Shown: positions 14,409 to 20,000 of the stretch, one piece after another
Numbering within the stretch: the stretch's first letter is position 1
Layout: the number at the start of each line of letters is the position of its first letter
DNA from: an uncultured virus (IMG/VR IMGVR_UViG_3300023174_009220)
Taxonomy: Duplodnaviria > Heunggongvirae > Uroviricota > Caudoviricetes
Length of the DNA stretch: 20,000 bases
IMG/VR virus record: IMGVR_UViG_3300023174_009220
Direction: 5' to 3' (one strand)
Program-made: the position numbers and the translations under genes
The notes under the pieces: model-generated
Database searches by the model: none
The model's input: the letters and a program-made list of their open reading frames with translations, nothing else
Told to the model about the DNA's origin: nothing

Positions 14409-17400
14409 TCATCTTAATAAATTAACATGACCTGTAAGTGTAATTAATTCCGCCTGATTTGTGGGTCTATATGATATTTTATAAGTATAAGTTCCACTTT
14501 GACAATCTAATCCTTCAATTCCATAAGATCCGTCCCAACCTATTTGTGGGTCTAACGATTCAAATAGAATTTCTCCCCATCTATTGTAAATCAACATTTT
14601 GTAGTCTTCTTTTGAAACACCGTTAGAAAATGTCGGAACAAATGTTTGATTGAACTTATCACCATCTGGTGTAAAAGTATTTGGAATATAAAATTGAACT
14701 GCTAAATTAGCCGGTATCAAAACCGATATACTGTCCTGACAACCCATCTGTGTTGTAGCAATTAGAGTGACTGTAAATCCACTGGTTGTTCCAGAGAAAA
14801 GATGCGAAGGATATTGTTGGCTCGAAAAAGTGCCGTCTCCAAAATTCCAAACCAGTCCAGTTGCACCAGAAGAGGTATTATTAAAATTTACCAATTGATT
14901 AATCTCCGTAAACACGGGTGGATTTGGTATAAAGCTGGCAGTAGGATAGTCTTCAACGCAAATTAGATTAGTTTGGGTAGTAGAGTTTATACATCCACCT
15001 TGATTAGCAGTTAAGGTAATGCTATAGCAACCCCCATTATTGAATGTCATATTAACTTGTGGACCACTGGCCACCGCACCAGAAGTAGAAGACCAATTAT
15101 ACACCGCCAGTTGACCTACAGTATCGGCTTCAAAATTCACAGTAACCGGAACGCAACCAGTTAGTGTATCCGCTACAAAACTGGCATTTGGAAGAGAATT
15201 AACAACTATTTGTGAACTTACTGGATTACTTTGACACCCATTTGCCGTGTATACCACGCTATAAGAAGTGGTGACCTGTGGACTTTCAGTAATTTGAGAA
15301 GTAGTTGAACCCTGTGACCAAAGAAATGTACCACCGGCCGGATTTGCGTTAGCAATTAGCGTTGCGGATTGTCCTACACAAATTGACACCGGATTGACCA
15401 CAACTTGTGGAAGAACAGTAACAATAACTTGAGTAGAAAACGTTCCACTTTGGCACCCATTTAAGGTGTATTGACAACTCCAAGAGGTATTAATTTGTGG
15501 ACTAACTGTAATAGTTTGAGTTGTTTGACCAGAAGACCATAACCAACTACCACCTAATAGATTCGGAGTCGCCACTAATTGAGTGGTCTCTCCAAAACAA
15601 ATTGTGTCGGTTGATAAATTTAATTGTGGTATTGGATTCACCGTTACTAAAATGTTTGCAAGGGCTTGACAACCGTTCCAGGTATAAAGAATGCTATATT
15701 GAGTCGTAGTATTTGGACTAACTGTAATAGATTGTGTTTGTTGACCGGTCGACCAAATAACTTGACCTGACGCAGGGAAATATTGAGGAGTCAGTGTTAC
15801 AGTTTGACCAGAACAAATTGTAGTATTTGAAGTAGTAATCTGTGGCACCGGAGCAACCGTTATAATGACTGAAGCACTGTCTACACAACCATTAGCCGCC
15901 GTTACAACAACTAAATAGGTTCCGGCAGTTGAAACCGAAACCATTGATTGAGTTCCTAAATTTTGATTCCACTGGTATGTTCCACCACCAGTTGCTTGGA
16001 GAGTGATGGTTGGTGAGTTACAGTCAATAATTGTTGTTCCAGAAATATTTGTGATTGCAGCAATAGGTGGTGTGATATTTTGAGTTATTGTGATGGTTTG
16101 TGAAACTGGGCAACCATTTGGGTCTATCATATTTACTGTATATGTTCCTGGTGTAGTTATTATATTGGTGTCATTTTGAGGAGTCAATCCACCAGTCCAA
16201 ACATATGAAACACCACCAGTTGCTTGGAGTGTGATAGATGGATTAAGACAAGTTAATGTTGTAGTTGCTGTTAGATTTAATATTTGAACCGGTAACTGAC
16301 TTAAAGATAACACAACTGCCGATTGAGAAGTAGCCTGACACCCATTTGCATCTTGAATAGTTATTTGGTAGTTTCCTACCCCTAAATTTGAAATGTTTTG
16401 AGTAGTAAGACCATTAGACCATAAAAAAGTGTAAGGTAAAACTCCACCAGACACGGTTGAATTAACACTACCCGTGCCTCCAGCACATAAGATATTTTGA
16501 GGCTGAGTGGTTACAAAAACTGCAGATTGTGGTTGACTTATTATCACAGAAGTAGTTGCCACACAACCATTGGCATCGGTAACGGTGACTTGGTAAGTCC
16601 CAGCGGATAATCCTGTTGGGTCTTCAACTGTTGAGCCGTTGCTCCAAAGATAAGTGTAAGGAGAAGTTCCACCAGCTGGTGTTAAATTGATAGATCCTGT
16701 AGCATTTCCAAAACAAAGAACATCTATATGAGTTGTTTGGAGTGTTAACGGGTTTTGTGGTTGGTTTATTGTCACAGAAGTAGTTGCCACACAACCATTG
16801 GCATCAGTAACGGTGACTTGGTAAGTTCCAGCGGATAATCCTGTTGGGTCTTCAACTGTTGAGCCGTTGCTCCAAAGATAAGTGTAAGGAGAAGTTCCAC
16901 CAGATGGTGTTAAATTGATAGATCCAGTGGTGTTTCCAAAACAAAAAACATCTATATGAGTTGTTGTTAAAGATAGAGCGGCCTGTGGTTGGTTTATTGT
17001 CACAGAGGTAGTTGCCACACAACCATTGGTATCAGTAACGGTGACTTGGTAAGTTCCAGCGGATAGACCGGTTGGGTCTTCAACTGTTGAGCCGTTGCTC
17101 CAAAGATAAGTGTAGGGAGAAGTTCCACCAGCTGGTGTTAAATTGATAGATCCTGTAGCATTTCCAAAACAAAGAACATCGATATGAGTTGTTTGGAGTG
17201 TTAACGGGTTTTGTGGTTGAGTTATAGTGATTGAAACAGGAGAAGAAACGCAACCATCTATACTTGTTGCAAAGTAAGTATAGGTGCCTGGTGACAAATT
17301 AGTAGTTGGTGATCCACCATAAGTGTAAGGCGCATTGGCTTGTGAAGCTTGGAGTATGACACTTCCAGTTCCACCAAAACAAAGAACATTACTAGAACTA

Positions 17401-20000
17401 ACAGATAAAACCGGAACTGGATAAACTATAAACTGAGATGTAGTCGAACATCCGGTATTGGTAAGATAAGTAATCTGAGTGACTCCAGGTGACACTCCAG
17501 TAACTACACCGGACTGTGATACAGTAGCAACCCCAGGATTTTGACTACTCCAACTTCCAGAAGCAACCGGATTTGATAGTTGTGAAGTCTGACCAACACA
17601 ACTTTGCAGGTTCCCAGAAATTGGCTGTAGTGGATTGACAATAACGGTGGCTTGAGAAGATACATTTGGACAAAGTGGCACTGAATAAGTAACTGTATAG
17701 GTGGTTGTTTGATTTGGTGTGACATTAATTTGAGAACTGGTCAAACCAGTTGGATTCCAAAGCCAGGTTCCACCACCAACAGTAGATGTCGCCAAAATAG
17801 TGGCCTGTTGACCTAAACAAACAGTATCTCCAATTGTAGTGACTTGGGGAATCGGGTTAATTTGAACCGTAACCGGAACTAATTGTGAGGTGCAGTTTTG
17901 AGCATTTTGACCAGAAACCCAAAATTGAGTTGTTGTTTGTAAAGTTTGAGTGGTCCAAGTGGCAGTATTTGCTACTTGACCAGTTCCATTTTGATTAGAA
18001 AACCAAAGATAAGTGTTTAGACCAGAAGCAGTTAAAGTGGCTTGACCAGGACCACAAAGTGTTTGGTTTGCTACAGTTGGTGGATTCGGTATAGCATTGA
18101 CCGTAACTAAAACTGTCTGAGTAACAGAAGCACAACCTGGAACAGTGTAGGTAACCGTGTATTGTTGAGTTGAATTTGGAGAAACTGTGATCTGAGAGCC
18201 GGATAAATTTCCTGGTTGCCAACTCCAACTTCCACCAGGTGTTGTAGAAGTTGCGGTAAGTTGAGCAGTTTGACCCTGACAAATAGTAGCACCCGAAGTG
18301 TTAATAACAGGAATAGGATTTACAGTAACTGTGACCGGAGTAAGTTGTGAAGGACAACCGGCATTTATGTTCCAACTGATGGTGCCGCTGCCATTTCCGT
18401 TGCCAACTCCAGGTGTAGTAGATCCACCAACAACTCCTCCAATAAACGAAGAACCGCCGCCGCCGCCAGCAGACCAACCTTGGCCGTGATTTTGTGTTGA
18501 TGTTCCACCACCACCACCCCAGTATCCGCCTCCGCCACCTCCACCACCTGCGGCGTTATACCCAGTAGAACCAGCACCACCTTGTCCTAAAGTCCCATTT
18601 GTTGCCCCTCTAGTCAGTGTCCAGGCTAATCCACCGGCTACTTGTGTTCCACCAGTTCCACCATATCCAGAAGAAAAGTTAGCAGATGCGGTTCCTGAAG
18701 TTCCACCACCAACACCAGTAGCCCCGTCTCTTCCACCACCGGCTCCACCAGCGGCAACTATAACTCGATTAGCAAGAGCCGTTCCACCCACTCGTATATC
18801 CGAAGCACCACCGCCACTTCCTGCGTGTTGACCGGCGCCGATGTCAACACCACCCTGGCCGCCACCATTCCAACCAGGCAGTCCACCAGAATTTCCACCC
18901 TGGCCTCCAATATAAATGTTTATTGTTTGACCGGCGGTAAGTGCTAGAGAACCAGTCGCTTGACCACCAAGACCACCTTGTGTATTTAATCCGTTTCCAC
19001 CACGAGCTCCTGTTAAAGTGATGGTATAGTTTCCAGTAGCCGGTGCAGTAAATGTTTGAGGAGCACCAGTATAATTGAAGGTTTGTTGACCGGTTGATAC
19101 CCCTGCGCCAGCAATTCCAACATAATAAGTAGTAGTGTTTTGTAAAACTGGTGTAGTATATTGTTGTGTATTAGCCAATTGACCAGTGCCATTTGAATTA
19201 GCACACCAAACATAATTTGCACCTCCGGTTGCCGTTAAAGTAGCTTGACCTGGACCACAAAGTGTTTGACCAGAAGCTTGTGGAGCCAAAGGCGCAGCGA
19301 TAACTGTAATTGTAACCTGAGCACAACTGGGACTAAAATTTCCACCACTAAAATTATTAACAAAATAAGTAGTTGTTACCAAAGGTGTGACGGTGATGTT
19401 TTGACCAGTTCCAATTTGAGTACCTTGACAACTGCCGGTATACCAAGTCTGTGTTCCAACAGCACCATTAGCCGTAAGTGTAACAGTTTGACCAGAACAT
19501 ATAGTATTTGACGAGGCGGTAATACTTGTTGGTGGGCTGACACCACCAGCACAATTAGTAGAACGATATCCTAGGACTCGGCTAAGTCCACAAGCACAAG
19601 TAGCACCCTGTGCCCAGCTACCAAGTTGAATATAATAGGTGGCGGTGGCAGGAGCGGTCCAAGAGATATAAGAACCCAATCCGCAGTAATCATCATTTGA
19701 AGTTTGTATACCAGTAGTTGGTTGCGAGTTTATTGTTAAATAGGTATCACCAGTATAAGAGGCACCAGGTGCAGTAGATTGGCAATAAGTAAATTGATAG
19801 GTACACCCAGCCTGAGCTTGAAATGATAAGTATCCGTGGCAGGTTTGTGGATAATACTGCCAGGTTAAATTTGGACTTATTGAGCCTAAATTTGTAGCAC
19901 AGCAACATTGAGCTAAGGTATTTTGTGAGAATAAAAAAAGAAAAGTAAATAAGAAAATTGTAGACAGTTGTCGAAACAAAAACGATTCTAATCCCTTCAT
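14409..20000 (-). CDS. Large secreted adhesin-like protein: Ig-like repeats, glycine-rich domain, SprB repeats, PKD domains, T9SS type-B (gliding-motility-associated) C-terminal domain
   Basis: Signal peptide ending TLA-Q; FNYTGAPQTFTAP..GGGGGGGYWGGGGG domain; CFGNATGSINLTPAGGTSPYTYLWSNG SprB repeats; WNFGDG PKD; C-terminus YIPNTFTPDGDKFN..IYNRWGE..GWDG..GTYTY..GHVNLLR. The ATG is at the window edge, so the start is not certain. Confidence 0.92.
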   Translation of the reverse strand: MKGLESFLFRQLSTIFLFTFLFLFSQNTLAQCCCATNLGSISPNLTWQYYPQTCHGYLSFQAQAGCTYQFTYCQSTAPGASYTGDTYLTINSQPTTGIQTSNDDYCGLGSYISWTAPATATYYIQLGSWAQGATCACGLSRVLGYRSTNCAGGVSPPTSITASSNTICSGQTVTLTANGAVGTQTWYTGSCQGTQIGTGQNITVTPLVTTTYFVNNFSGGNFSPSCAQVTITVIAAPLAPQASGQTLCGPGQATLTATGGANYVWCANSNGTGQLANTQQYTTPVLQNTTTYYVGIAGAGVSTGQQTFNYTGAPQTFTAPATGNYTITLTGARGGNGLNTQGGLGGQATGSLALTAGQTINIYIGGQGGNSGGLPGWNGGGQGGVDIGAGQHAGSGGGASDIRVGGTALANRVIVAAGGAGGGRDGATGVGGGTSGTASANFSSGYGGTGGTQVAGGLAWTLTRGATNGTLGQGGAGSTGYNAAGGGGGGGGYWGGGGGTSTQNHGQGWSAGGGGGSSFIGGVVGGSTTPGVGNGNGSGTISWNINAGCPSQLTPVTVTVNPIPVINTSGATICQGQTAQLTATSTTPGGSWSWQPGNLSGSQITVSPNSTQQYTVTYTVPGCASVTQTVLVTVNAIPNPPTVANQTLCGPGQATLTASGLNTYLWFSNQNGTGQVANTATWTTQTLQTTTQFWVSGQNAQNCTSQLVPVTVQINPIPQVTTIGDTVCLGQQATILATSTVGGGTWLWNPTGLTSSQINVTPNQTTTYTVTYSVPLCPNVSSQATVIVNPLQPISGNLQSCVGQTSQLSNPVASGSWSSQNPGVATVSQSGVVTGVSPGVTQITYLTNTGCSTTSQFIVYPVPVLSVSSSNVLCFGGTGSVILQASQANAPYTYGGSPTTNLSPGTYTYFATSIDGCVSSPVSITITQPQNPLTLQTTHIDVLCFGNATGSINLTPAGGTSPYTYLWSNGSTVEDPTGLSAGTYQVTVTDTNGCVATTSVTINQPQAALSLTTTHIDVFCFGNTTGSINLTPSGGTSPYTYLWSNGSTVEDPTGLSAGTYQVTVTDANGCVATTSVTINQPQNPLTLQTTHIDVLCFGNATGSINLTPAGGTSPYTYLWSNGSTVEDPTGLSAGTYQVTVTDANGCVATTSVIISQPQSAVFVTTQPQNILCAGGTGSVNSTVSGGVLPYTFLWSNGLTTQNISNLGVGNYQITIQDANGCQATSQSAVVLSLSQLPVQILNLTATTTLTCLNPSITLQATGGVSYVWTGGLTPQNDTNIITTPGTYTVNMIDPNGCPVSQTITITQNITPPIAAITNISGTTIIDCNSPTITLQATGGGTYQWNQNLGTQSMVSVSTAGTYLVVVTAANGCVDSASVIITVAPVPQITTSNTTICSGQTVTLTPQYFPASGQVIWSTGQQTQSITVSPNTTTQYSILYTWNGCQALANILVTVNPIPQLNLSTDTICFGETTQLVATPNLLGGSWLWSSGQTTQTITVSPQINTSWSCQYTLNGCQSGTFSTQVIVTVLPQVVVNPVSICVGQSATLIANANPAGGTFLWSQGSTTSQITESPQVTTSYSVVYTANGCQSNPVSSQIVVNSLPNASFVADTLTGCVPVTVNFEADTVGQLAVYNWSSTSGAVASGPQVNMTFNNGGCYSITLTANQGGCINSTTQTNLICVEDYPTASFIPNPPVFTEINQLVNFNNTSSGATGLVWNFGDGTFSSQQYPSHLFSGTTSGFTVTLIATTQMGCQDSISVLIPANLAVQFYIPNTFTPDGDKFNQTFVPTFSNGVSKEDYKMLIYNRWGEILFESLDPQIGWDGSYGIEGLDCQSGTYTYKISYRPTNQAELITLTGHVNLLR
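16536..17219 (-). repeat. Three near-identical 228-bp (76-aa) SprB repeat units
   Basis: Anchor GTAGTTGCCACACAACCATTGG recurs at an exact 228-bp spacing (16552, 16780, 17008). Confidence 0.95.

Noticed and set aside
15521..19511. Short ORFs nested in the adhesin gene
   Set aside because: Alternative-frame or antisense by-products of a long, GC-richer coding sequence.
1..20000. Stop-codon reassignment as seen in some large phages
   Set aside because: Long genes are intact under the standard code, and TAG, TGA and TAA all end genes at sensible boundaries.

Overview
AT-rich, gene-dense, mostly minus-strand window that reads as part of a large (jumbo-type) phage genome with a Bacteroidota host. 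This is an inference from many short orphan ORFs, isolated tRNA genes, a free-standing HNH gene, Bacteroidota TAnnTTTG/TTTG promoters, a second recurring ATATATA upstream motif, and a T9SS type-B cargo gene. No capsid, terminase or polymerase gene lies in the window. Recognisable genes: class III nucleotidyl cyclase, DUF2158-like protein, Dam-like methyltransferase, bifunctional nuclease + UVR, YkuK RNase H-like protein, MoxR-like AAA ATPase, GT2, CAP-like, DUF2927-like, HNH, PspC, and a 1863-aa SprB/PKD/Gly-rich adhesin. Four things stand out. (1) A tRNA(CAU) locus is broken repeatedly at one anticodon-stem position; its outer halves rejoin into a perfect tRNA and enclose a structured segment, an intact variant tRNA and an HNH nuclease gene. 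(2) A tRNA-Arg(UCU) gene is interrupted after U33 by a 209-nt group I intron. (3) Unrelated proteins, including the cyclase, share an N-terminal MK-x-I/L...(I/V)NE leader and the ATATATA motif, which suggests virion-packaged cargo. (4) A host-type T9SS adhesin gene sits in a phage-like context. All family calls come from motif recognition by eye; no searches were run.
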